64,000 nucleotides of DNA from Perkinsus chesapeaki ATCC PRA-425. Its lineage: Eukaryota > Protista > Perkinsozoa. Below, piece by piece: positions 35,214-46,722 of the stretch. The stretch spans positions 1 through 64,000 of the forward strand of contig JAAPAO010000021.1 of the NCBI GenBank assembly GCA_013115145.1, read 5' to 3'. Position numbers and translations under genes: made by a program. Every line of letters starts with the position of its first letter. Within the stretch, counting starts at the first letter, position 1. The notes below the pieces were generated by a model that was not told the DNA's origin, made no database searches, and saw only the letters and a program-made list of their open reading frames with translations.

Positions 35214-36719
35214 CTAACTATGAACTTGAGGTGCCCAGTCTGCTTCTGCGCGGACTAGAGCATGATCAGAAGGGAAGTGCAGGTTGGGCAAAGCACGTCC
35301 TGGACTATCTCCATTATCAATCGAGCTTTCTCTTATTCGCATACCGCCACCGGTGAGAAGGATGTAGTCCTTTGGGTTCTCGTCCAGAACATTCACCTTA
35401 GCTGCTTGAGCTTGCAGCGGAGTTCGTCGGTTGCTTGTAGTCGTCCTGGCATCCGTGTGTACTAGGCCTAGAGAGGAAACCTCCTTGAGGAAGTCCGCGG
35501 CCACTAGGTTTCCAACGGTAGCGGTAGCGTAGCAATTGGCGTCCATACCGACCATCAGTGGAAGATCAAGACTTGTTAGGAGCTTCAAGGTGGGTACAGT
35601 GAGACGGCCATTAGTGTCACCATGGAAACTCGCGAGCAGGAGCGAGTGACCGTCGGAATCTTCGACTATGCAGGTAGTCAAATCACCGGAAGCGAGACCA
35701 CGGTGGGTGGCCTCGCTCGATAGACCAACCCGTACTTTTTCAGATGCCTCGGTATCAACTTCAAAGCCACATCCTCTCCGAACCAGGATAAGAGAGCGCT
35801 GCTTTGACATGCCCGAATATGGGTCCTCTAGCAACTGATATTCCTCAGCCTTTTGTGATGAGAGTATAGCCTCTTGTATATCCCTGGACACCTCCTGGAG
35901 CATTATCACATCGGCAGAGCCAAGCAGTCTCGTATCGATGTAGCTCACTAATTGCTGAGGACGCTGAACCACCGACGCAATGCGGTTTTCTCGGACGGTC
36001 CGCCAGTCCACAAAAGCCTTGTCAGAAACGGCTATGAGTAAGGCATCAAAGATAGCGAGCCCTACAATCGACATAGCACGGTAGTTGTCCTTATAGGGCG
36101 TCTCGACTTTATATTTTTCCACATCGAGCGGGGGTATCGGAGTTCCGCTCATAAACCGTATCCACCGGTCGAACCAGTCCTTGGTAAGAGAAAGGTCTCC
36201 GGAATAACAAGAGATCATTGAGGGTCGGCATTGGCCATGGTAATCTACGTTTGTGAAGCGATCCGGCCAGGAGATGATTCGACTGTTCCCGATGGTCTTG
36301 CTGGTGAGGAATCCTGACCAAATCTTTTGCGCCCTCAAAAAGTCGTAAGCGTCGGCGACCGATTGAGCAGATGGTAGCGATAATGTTTGATGAGTATCAA
36401 GTAGACTAGACTTCATATTGAAAGGTAACGTGTCCTCAAGAAAGTCGCCTACGGACACTCCGGCAGCCTCAAGAGCCTCCGCTGTATCTTGGAATCCACC
36501 GAGGAAGTCCGTAAAGCGATGATCGGAGTCATCCCAGAACTCCAAGGGATTGGTCTGGACTGAGCCAACATTCCACGTAGCTATCTTGAGTGGAGAGAAG
36601 ATAGGCTTCTCGGTGAAGCACTGGTTACTGGTAGTGTGCATGTTCTCGGACAGGAGCAACTTACGACCAAAAACAGACGAAAGGAGGCTTTCGAGGCGTT
36701 TCATGAACAAAACCTGCAT
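35214..36719 (-). CDS. Endonuclease/exonuclease/phosphatase (EEP) superfamily hydrolase, intronless
   Basis: All core EEP motifs in order: IATWNV, DVIMLQEV, ASFHG, VGMDAN, PKDYIL, FPSDH. First in-frame ATG is at 36719 (the ORF track starts at a GTG at 36794). Confidence 0.85.
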   Translation of the reverse strand: MQVLFMKRLESLLSSVFGRKLLLSENMHTTSNQCFTEKPIFSPLKIATWNVGSVQTNPLEFWDDSDHRFTDFLGGFQDTAEALEAAGVSVGDFLEDTLPFNMKSSLLDTHQTLSLPSAQSVADAYDFLRAQKIWSGFLTSKTIGNSRIISWPDRFTNVDYHGQCRPSMISCYSGDLSLTKDWFDRWIRFMSGTPIPPLDVEKYKVETPYKDNYRAMSIVGLAIFDALLIAVSDKAFVDWRTVRENRIASVVQRPQQLVSYIDTRLLGSADVIMLQEVSRDIQEAILSSQKAEEYQLLEDPYSGMSKQRSLILVRRGCGFEVDTEASEKVRVGLSSEATHRGLASGDLTTCIVEDSDGHSLLLASFHGDTNGRLTVPTLKLLTSLDLPLMVGMDANCYATATVGNLVAADFLKEVSSLGLVHTDARTTTSNRRTPLQAQAAKVNVLDENPKDYILLTGGGMRIRESSIDNGDSPGRALPNLHFPSDHALVRAEADWAPQVHS

Positions 36720-37009
36720 CAAGAGTGTGACGACGATCGCGGAAGTACGCGAGACCGTGACAAGATAACTGTCACCTGTCCTGTAACCGAACACTTAGAC
36801 AAGATTGACTAAACCACTGGAAATCACTCAACAGCTCTCCTTAATGTAATGTAATATTACTGAATTGCGTTGCTGGCGAATGCTTTCGTCGTCTTATGCT
36901 ACAATGAAGTGAAACAGAAATATGCACAAAGGCGAAACTTCCCGTGGATCTGACGAAACGTTAAAGTGCTACTACCGAGAGCACTATCGTCATCGCTGAC
37001 CAGATTAAA

Positions 37010-39867
37010 TCATACAATTCCCGAAGTGGGCCCTGGAATAAAGTCCATACTCTCTGTATCATCAGAATCGCTCATGACACTCGACAGCTGAGATGCCGAA
37101 GCAACATCATCGCTGCTGTCTGTAGTGTAGTTGCTTGATCTCTCGTTGCCGTCTTCCTCGCCTTCATAGCCCATACGATATGCTCTGCTGGATCGAGATT
37201 CGTGTCGGCTGCGCTCCGATAAGCGGAACGAGGACACACTCGTATTATTGGGCACCGGCAAAAAGAGCGAACCTTGGCTCGCCATTGAGAGCCACTCCTC
37301 CGGTTCTGTCTTGAGTGAGGGAGCAGTGTTGCTACCCATCGTCCCAACCTGTGACGACATCGTCACCACTGGCACTCGATGAAGTCCGTCTAGAACATCT
37401 CTGACATAAATTCGACATGGGTCCTGGCTCACAGGCTTTGGTCGCCGATGCATCACTCGGCCCTCGCCACACCAATAAGACCCAAGACGCCCAATCAAGG
37501 ATAGGATAACACCGATTAAGCGGGGCAATCCTATTCCCCAAGCGGTAACGTCAATAGCAGCAAGAGCTACTTGGCTGGCTGCATCCTGTCCAGGAGGGTA
37601 ACGATTATGTCCGGGATGAGCCAGATAGTAGCTGTAGGCGACAACGGGAGCAATGTTAACCATTGTACCAATGACAACCAGCCAGGATCTAATCTCCATA
37701 CGTCTAGCTTGTGTTTCTGTGGTAGCAGGATCATCCGGATATGCACCAGGAGTGCCCCAAGGCAGTATATCGCTTTGACATATTGCGTATAGGCCAGAGC
37801 CAAGTACTAGTGTTGTGGGCAAGAGACAGAACCATTGGAACCAACAAAGTAGAAAGACAACCATGTCATCAATGTTACCCGAAGCCAATGGTGTCAACAC
37901 GTAAGGTGCGATAAGTATGCACCAGGCTACCAGGTTAACTCTCGGCTCGTAAAGTATAACACGTAGCATGAAATATGCAATAGCAACGACCCATAAAAAT
38001 CCAACAGCTATAGCCGCAAACATATACGCATACTGTATACCTCTGGAGAGATCTCGGCAACCAATGGAGAGCTGTACAAGGATTGTAAAGAGTGCAGTAA
38101 GGATAATTGCCAGAGGAAGCCTGGCCCACGGCACTAGGATCGATAAAGGTGCAATTATAACCATTGTAAGTACACCGATAGCAACAACGCTCATAACCCA
38201 AGTTGCTAGTCTTGGAATGATAATAAAGGGAAAAAATAATAATCCTCTCCACGAACAGGAATATCGTCTGAAACCGATATATAGATTCATCAAAGACATA
38301 AAGAAGGTGGTAGATGAGCGCCGTGTGAGCTCAATCAGGTTACAGAAAGTGAATGCCTCTGCAGATGCCGAGACGGACTTTTGGCTCAACCGAGAGGCTT
38401 GTGCCCGCGCCCCGATAACCATTTCCACTCTACAGCCACGAGCAGCAGCACGGGGTAACATCCGATCATCAGATATGTACATGTTACAGCGCAGGGGGCC
38501 GTCCGGGCCTTTACTGCCAGTTCGAGTGAGCGACGCAAAATAACGATCTGTCTGAACTCGGTCTAATCGTAAAGCACACATGGCCACGTTAACCCGTGTC
38601 GAATTGCCACCGAGCGCAGTCTCCGAAGCACCGTCTATCAGGTCTTCGATCCTTCTTTGCATCAAGAAGGTGGCTAGGGCTGGGTTCAAGGCCACAATCT
38701 GGGGGGACGGGAATACCGGGATCTGGTGATTGCTGTCGGATAGGGTGTCACCGGAGACAATCGCAACCTTATCGAGATTAAGAAAGTCACTAAATTGTAG
38801 TAGGGCCGAGGCTTCGGGACAAATACCACAATCGAGCAGGACGACTTGGAGATCTTTGGAGTCGCTGACCGTAGCAAAGTGGCGTGCTATACCTTCAAGA
38901 GCCCACAAATGACACTCGGGCCTCCGGCTTATCGTATGACCTGACAGAACTACAGTGGAACATACTCAGGTTGATACGGTCACCTACTGGCAGAACTGAT
39001 CCCTGCAAATTCCTTTACACAAACCATAATCTGCAAAGGAGGAAAGGATTCACCTCCTAACTGAGCAACCGTTTCAAAGATATGCATATAGACCTTCTGC
39101 CCATGGTCGACCGTCAACGAGTCTGCCCGTCTCGCTTCTCGATCTTCCGCAAAGAGCCTTTTGCAGCTGTCAAGGGCAGCACCGTCTTCCCACAGAGATT
39201 CGACGTTGTAATACAACCCCATATGTTGTAGAGCGGTGAGCAGACTGCGCGGTCCGTCGGGATTCTCGATACTGAACTCACGGCGACCGTCTATCACAGC
39301 ACAAATGACAAAGTCATTCCAAACAAAACTGCCTCGATCGCAGCAATCTTTAATGCACTCCATCAGAGAGAATAGGGTCGAAGTGAACCCTATAATACTA
39401 GAGCCTTGAATATAGCTTGCAATAGTTATAGTTATCATAATTTTAACGTGTTGCTCGGGGTTGGAGACAAAGCGTAATCGGAAACTTCCCTCCTTCACCT
39501 TGCCATGAAAGAACCTCCTATAGAAGTCTGTGTCGAACATATTAGCGATCGGCCTTGCCTCCGTGATACCGAGTTCTCGATAATCTACATTATAGTGCCG
39601 AAGTAACTCCTCAGCACGGACAGTCACAGGGGTGTACCGTAAGAATATCAAAGGGTTTTTAGGGGGGCCACCATCAAAGTCGATGTCGATGTAAGATCGA
39701 TAATCCGGAAGGGTTGGATGAATAGCCGGGTGACACCTTAGTGATGAAGTCGACTCGGCAGTCTCGTCACAACAAGGAGCTGACGATAAAGGAAACCTCG
39801 AACAGGCCTCCGAGTCCTCAGACTCTGGCTCTGGCTCGAAGTTGGCCATTTCATTAACTAAAAACAT
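37010..39867 (-). CDS. Chitin synthase-like (GT2) protein, degenerate catalytic motifs, copy 1 (2 exons)
   Basis: Exon 1 has RYTPVT, CAVIDGR, MGLY, HIFET, LQIMVCVKE. Phase-1 intron 38941-38987. Exon 2 has CHLW, LLDCG, NMYISDDRML, multiple TM helices and PWGTPG. Confidence 0.8.
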
Positions 39868-39967
39868 GTTCAGTAGGGAATTCAGAAAGGAAAAACTAAA
39901 CACTTGTATTTAAAGTTAAAAAAGTTATTTATTGAGTTAAGCAATGTGTTGCATAGTAGAAGTATAA

Positions 39968-42756
39968 TTACTCCGAGAAAACGTCATCTCGGAAAGAAGA
40001 GGAAGAAGCCGACTTCTTCCTCGGACACGGCACAAAGACCGCGTCATGTCTCTCGATATCATCAACACTGTCCTCACTTTCAGAGTAGGCGAAAGCTTCC
40101 TTCGAGGAACTCGGTATCGCAGCACCACCTACGGTGGCCGTGATCTCAGCTGCTCGCCGGCCTCCTATAATACCGAGGATGCTCCTGTTTAGCGGCTGAG
40201 TGATGACTGTCCCATGAATGGTGATAAGTATCATACCCTTTTCCGTCTCATAAAAAGAATAAGGGCCTCTCATCAAGGACGGTATGCTATTCGAAGGACT
40301 ACTTGCCGCCGTCATTGCCGTTGAAATCTCAGCAACCCATCTAGGGACTCTATTCCTCCTGGAGCCCAACGTCTCACAGATACGCTTTAGTGCGAACAGG
40401 GTCGTTCCGATTATGCGAGTTAAGGTGCGCAAGACTGTGTCAAGTAAGACTACCCAGGCCACAGCTTGTGCTAGAAATGACACCCGTAGAGTAAAGACGT
40501 TGCTGCCACCATCGCCGCTAGTAGACCCTTCATCTGATGCCGTTCCCACACCAGCCCAAGTAAGAGAAAATACAATGGGCAAAAGGTTCGCAATGCCCCA
40601 CAAGGCAGCTAGCCAAGATCGGACTTCCATTCGCTTGGCTAAAGTATCGGAGGTCCTTGGGTCCACGGTGCTCGGACCGGGCGTGCCCCATGGCAAGACA
40701 CCAGACATACAGATACAGTATATAGAAGAGCCCAGCACTGTGGTTGTCGGGTATAGAAGCAACCACTGTATAGCACATACAGGAAGCACTTTGAGAACGA
40801 AGCGGAGATCCCCATAGAGAACAATGCTCCACAGGTAGGAACAGATATGGGCAATAAAAGCCCCAACAAAGAGATTCGCAGAAGTCGAGACGAGTGCAAT
40901 AATGAGCTTTACTATTCCAACGGTCCAGAGTACTCCAAATACTAGTGAACTCGCTTGGAAAACGACGAGAACTTGGGGGGTTAAGCCCCCTACTCCTACA
41001 CACAGCTGGAACATCACTACTGATAGTACAAGAAGGATGTATGCTACAGGCACTTGGCCACTACTGTATAGTAGCTCACTCCCTATCAACATAACTAGAT
41101 TCATAATCAACAGTGACAACGATGAAAGACCAACATCAACAAAGCGGTATAACAGAAGAGCAACCCGGAAGGGTAGGTAGCAATCGCAGCGCATGTTGTT
41201 CCAAGCAATGAGCAACCTCCGAAGGGCCTGGAATATCGTCAACACGTCAACTCTGGATGAGTCCATGAGATCTTTATACGAGAAGTCTCTTGCTAGTTTG
41301 GACATAGTCTGTCTTTGCGTAGGATGGCATACCACCTTGGCGTTAGGAAGAAGCTCGCATCTCCAACCGCGATGGACAGATCCCAGCATCGCTCCGCCGT
41401 CACATAAATAAAAGTTAGGCGTCAACGGAGCCATCATAGGAGAGTTACCGGCCCGGGTTAGTATAGCGAAGTAGCGCTCGACGTCGATAACTCCGAGACG
41501 AAACCCGCACAATGAGCCTTCCATTGTTGACAGGAAGCCGCCGAGTCCTGTTTCCATGGCGGCATCGGCCACAGCACGCAAGCGCTGCCGAACCAACCAT
41601 GCGCATAAAAACGGGTGCAGCAGCATGTCCCAAACAGTTGGATAATCAAGCAGCTGGTAGGGGGCAGTTGCCCATGTATCGGCGGAGACGATACCGACTT
41701 TTGGCCGGCTGAGCCGAGTGACCATAACGGAGAGGCAGTCTGGGGCAGGGCACATACCACAATCCATAGCGATTATTCTCAAGCTACCGTCGGGCTCGCC
41801 CTGGGAATTCGAGCGAGTAGATGAGGACATATTAGTGATGTGTTGTGCGATGCCCACAATACCCCACAAATGGCAAGATAACCGTGAAGTAGCGAGAGAG
41901 CCTGAAAAGAACGAATACGCTCAGCGACAAGCTCACGTACCTTACCGGCTAGTCCTTTGTCTGGGCACTCCTTCACACAAAGCGCCAGTCTAACCGGAGG
42001 AAAGCGTCCACCTTGCATCATAATAGTGCCCTCATAAAGATGCACATGAACAGGGTAACCCCCGTCGGCAGTATAACGTCCACCACGACATGCCTGGCGA
42101 TCTTCCGTAGTTATCCTTCCAGCTCTTTCCATTTCTCCTCCGTGTTCCCACAACTCCTCAGGCTTGAAGTAAATACCCATCCGCTCGAGCTCCCCCAACA
42201 CCGATGTCGGACTCTCCTTCTCGAATTCTTCAAATGCTGCTCGTCCGTTAACAACAACGCATAGCAAGGCCTGGTCCCACCTGACTCGGCCTGATTCCTC
42301 CAAATTGGCAAGGTTCTCCATCACTGCCCGCAAAGTGACGCGGAAGCCCTCCGCCGAGGATCCCAGCATACCAATACCGACCGATACCAAAATGAGCAGC
42401 TCGACTTTTTCATGTAGATTGTCCACAAACTTTATACGAAATGGTGGCATGCCTGACAGCCTGTCTCTGTAAAGATTGGGGTAGTGATAACTATCGAAGA
42501 GATCTTCAATTCCTCTGGTATCCATACATAAAGCATCATTGTGGACGTTATAATGCAATATTAGCTCCTCTTGGCTGATGGTTATTGGGGTGTACCGAAC
42601 CACCCGACTGTAGCTCAGAATCGGAGGCCGCAAATCCAGGTAAGAACGAAATTTCGGGTTGGCCGCATCGATCCGAGGATGGCGCGCCTCTGGAAGCTCG
42701 CAGAAAACAGCCTGCTGGCCGCCGCAGATCTCAGCCCATCGCTCCGCTCGATGCAT
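39968..42756 (-). CDS. Chitin synthase-like (GT2) protein, degenerate catalytic motifs, copy 2 (2 exons)
   Basis: Exon 1 has RYTPIT, CVVVNGR, MGIY, HLYEG, LALCVKE. Phase-1 intron 41902-41945. Exon 2 has CHLW, AMDCG, NFYLCDGG, TM helices and PWGTPG. Confidence 0.8.
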
Positions 42757-43043
42757 ATATTGCAACCTGACATGGGGCTCAATGACGATTACCAAAGAAG
42801 ATAACACAAGCCTTCGGAGATGGTAATACGAAATGTGGTATTAGGGGTGAATGGTTAGGGAGGAGTATAAGACGGTGATGGTATGGTACACTCAACAACA
42901 GCTCGGTTATGGTGGCCCTGATCATATACACAGGGATTGTCTATTAGACAACAAATATTCACACTAATAGTATAAGGCTCGGGATACAACCGAGGCGAAC
43001 ATAACAGACAGTTAAAGCAACAACACAATCAACAACATCATCA

Positions 43044-45695
43044 TCAGATTGGCGGGAAGAGCCCTTTTGAGGGAGATGGAACAAAGAAATCATCGTCATC
43101 GACAACCCATACAGATCCTCCTTCGAGGCCTCCATTGGCGTCGACCAGCGAGTCGCCACCAGACTCGTCGGCACAATAGAGTGTGCCGTTTCCAGAGCTG
43201 CTGGTGACCTTCTCGGGATTCTTGCTCTTGACCACGTCGAGGTCCATAACAACGTCATACTCGCTGAGGCCGGAAATCTCGGGAAGAGACGGTTTACCTT
43301 CTACAACAGACTTGGTTACACTACCGAATGTTCGCAAGGCTCGAGTGAAAGCGTATATCAGGATTCCCACTGTACGCGGAATAAAGAGCACGGCAAAGAG
43401 GTAGACAACGCAACCGAAGAATATGTACTCGTTGGCAGTGCTGATGTGCTTTAGAGTGCCGCTCTGCGAAGCGTTGCCCAACACTAGAGTAAAGGCAACT
43501 ATAGGAAGAAGATTGGCTGCCAACCAAGCACTAGTCAGCCAAGATCTGGTCTCCATACGACGGGCTTGTGTATCTGCAGTCTCGAGGGCCAATGGATCAG
43601 GGCCTGCAGTGCCCCATGGTAGAATGTCCGCCATACACACACTGTACAAAGCGGAGCCTACTACGGTAGTGGCGGGTAGGGTAAAGAACCACTGTACAAC
43701 ACATAACGGGAGCAACCAGAAGATATCCAGATCTCCCATAAAGATCAACGATGCAAATGGCGACGTACTTACAGTGAAGAACGCGGCAGATACGAGAGGA
43801 TGACAACCATGCGCCAACACGCAGGAGAAACGGTACATACCGAGAGCCCAGAGAACTCCTAGAAGAATGCAAAGGACTCTACAGAATATGACAACACCTC
43901 TGGAGAGAGTAGCGCTGCCACAGAGCAGTTGGGACATAACAATCGATGCTATAAGGATTACACAGGCAAAGGGAAGTTGGAGGTACTCGTTAAAGTTGCT
44001 AAGGCCGACGATCATTACAAAATCAAGAGCAACGAGTGTGAAAATATCAGCTATCAAACTGCCGAAACGATATATAAATAAAAGAATAAAGTTGCCGTAG
44101 GCCGTCCAATTAGGCTCACTTCGGCCGAGTAGTGTCCGGATCGATAATGCCATAACAAATGGGGACCATGTGTCGAACCTAGAGTGCTCTATAAGATCAG
44201 TGAATGTAAAGGATTGGGCATTCCTCTCGAGGACCTCCTTCTTCATGGCTTTTGGATTGTCCTTAGCCGAGTAGAGCAAAACAACCGAACAGGAGCCATG
44301 GGCCGAGCTGGCCATCATACCACCATCGTTCAGAAGAATGTTTGCCAATAAGGGGTTCATACAGTTATTATTACCACCAAATGTAAGCTGCGTAAAGTAA
44401 GTGTCGGTATCAACCCTATCAAGCCTTAAAGCACACATGGCACAGTTAACATTGCTAAGATTCCCTCCCAGCCCAGTATCCATAGCACCATCGCTCGCAA
44501 GACGTATCTTTTGCCGAAGTAACCAAGACGCCAAGCTCGGATTAGAGAGTAGGATACGCAACGGAGGCGTGCAAGGAATCTGATGGTCTGCCGTGACCAG
44601 GCTGTTACCCCCTACTACAGCCACTCCTTCTTCTTGAAGCTTTTTATACATCAAACCTAGACAGTTGTCATCGGGACATACACCACAGTCCAACAGGGCG
44701 ACTTTAACATCATTTCTAGACGAAGTGACATTAGCAAAGTGACGGGCTATTCCCTCTATAGCCCATAAATGGCATGCCATCCGTGAGGTAACAATCGGAT
44801 CTAAAACTACAAGTACGATCTATTGCAAATCCCCATTGTTATTACCAGCTGAGCTCTGATCTGGATACTCCTTAACACACAGTACCAGCTGCAGCGGTGG
44901 GAACTCATTACTCTTCATTTGTATAGTACTTTCAAACAAGTGGGCAAATACATCTTGCCCTTTATCAACAGTAAGCCGTCCTTCCTTGAATGCTTTACGG
45001 TCCTCCGGATATATCCTAGCGGCCCTATCAAGCTCTCCATCAGGTTCCCACAGCTCCTCCACATTCATATAAACACCCATGCGTTGAAGCTCGCTTAGAA
45101 AGGACGGCTCATAGTCTTCTTTAGAGGTTTCAAACTCGTTACGGCCATCCACTACCACACAGACCGCGATCTGATCCCAGGCAATCAGACCAGCATCGCA
45201 CATTCTTTTCACGTTGCGCATAACGCATATAAGAGTTGACAGAAATCCGGTAGGTGTGGCGCCTTGGATGCCTCGACCGACCGATATGGCTATGGTGTAC
45301 TTGACCGTCTGGGAAACAGACTCAACAAATCGGAGATGAAAGGGCCTTAAAGAGCTCCAACCACCGAAGAAGTTCCAGTAGAAATCGGTATCAAACATGT
45401 CCTCTATGCCCCGAATGTCAATACCCGAATCAGAGTAATCAACATTGGAGTGACGTATGAGCTCCTCATCTCGGATGGTGACGGGCGTGTACCGTACAAA
45501 GCGACGATTGAGACGCTTTTTCGGACAGAAATCAATATAAGAACGATATTTGGGATTATAAGGGTTAATAAAGGGATGGGTGCATACCACTGAATGACTG
45601 TGGCTATTTACAACATTACTGCGAGCAGCAGCGTCAGTAGCAGCAGCAGCTGCGGTAACCGTCTCAGGTAGGCTATCGCCGCGACGGTAACGCAT
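43044..45695 (-). CDS. Chitin synthase-like (GT2) protein, degenerate catalytic motifs, copy 3 (2 exons)
   Basis: Exon 1 has RYTPVT, CVVVDGR, MGVY, HLFES, LQLVLCVKE. Phase-1 intron 44801-44845. Exon 2 has CHLW, LLDCG, NILLNDGG, TM helices and PWGTAG. Confidence 0.8.
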
Positions 45696-46263
45696 ACATA
45701 ATAATCTACTCGGAGAGCGATATCAGTATTAAGAACTAACAAACAAATGATAGAACGGGGGCTACAGCGCAATGTACACGTCACAACTCAACGAACTGAA
45801 TCTTCAAAAAGCGCACATCGTGAATTAATTTTTAGCGGAGCGAAGCAGTCTCTAGGTTACTGTTCGTCCACAATCATGAGGTATTCGCTAGAGGCTGGAT
45901 TAAGTGGTTAATTGCTAAATCCATTTAATCCTCTAATCATACCAAATTTCCATCAGCTAACGGATGATAGACGAGAAGTATCAAATACTGTCGTTACCCT
46001 CGACCGAAGCCAAGCGTTAGTATAAAAGCTTGAGGCTATCGGTACCATGCCCTCACGTTACTAAGTCGCTGAGGTTGGGAAAGCCGTCATCCTCATCAGA
46101 GCCATGCTAGTAGCAGCCTTCTAAGATATGCCCAATAAAAGCACCGTATCGTAGTAGGAGCCTCCAACCAGTAGAGCTATGGGGGAAGGATAGGACTCGG
46201 TTGTTTTATTAATAGCCAATTATCTCTCAGTTATATTTCTTATCATCATCTACGCCCTAAACC

Positions 46264-46616
46264 ATGTCCACAGGTAACAGCTCCTATGTCAGCCTAAATC
46301 CCTACGCTCCCTTTCTCAGAAGTATCTGCTGCTCAAATGGCCGTTGCTGAGATGCGTGGCCTCGCCGATACCTTTTCCCGTTTAACCGAGGCTTGCTATA
46401 AGAAGTGCATTCCTAACGTGAAGGAAGGCCAACTTAATGTGGGCGAAATGAGCTGCACAGATAGGTACTTCGGGGCGGGGTGGGTAGGAGAGCCTCTGCT
46501 ATATCACTGCCATCAGGTGTGTATCTAAGTACCTGGATGTCCATACACTAGTGGGAACTGAGCTTAACAACATAACCCAGCAAGCTCAACAGGCTCAACA
46601 AGGTGGCCAACAGTAA
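46264..46616 (+). CDS. TIM10: Mitochondrial small Tim chaperone Tim10
   Basis: AEMRGLADTFSRLTEACYKKCIP.....LNVGEMSCTDR|CVSKYLDVH: twin CX3C motif with the Tim10-type DRCVSKYLD. Confidence 0.88.
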
Positions 46617-46722
46617 AGATACCAGTAAATAGGCCAGAACTACCAGCCTTGTTTCATTACACTTCCACAGGATTTTGTGTTGTCCAGTACCGATTAACTT
46701 AGGGATCTACGTTTACTAGACC

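Noticed and set aside
34775-35356. 193 aa + strand ORF
   Set aside because: Antisense to the GT47 5' exons and the EEP 3' end; no motif support.
36720-36794. N-terminal membrane anchor on the EEP protein
   Set aside because: The hydrophobic stretch lies upstream of the first in-frame ATG; the ORF track used a GTG start.
39904-44583. Many + strand ORFs (e.g. 40284-40817, 40530-41003, 43423-43803) over the CHS-like genes
   Set aside because: Antisense shadows of long minus-strand coding exons, with no recognisable motifs.
37010-45695. Six separate genes or frameshifted pseudogenes (as the ORF track suggests)
   Set aside because: A canonical 44-47 nt phase-1 GT-AG intron joins each ORF pair in frame at the same position.
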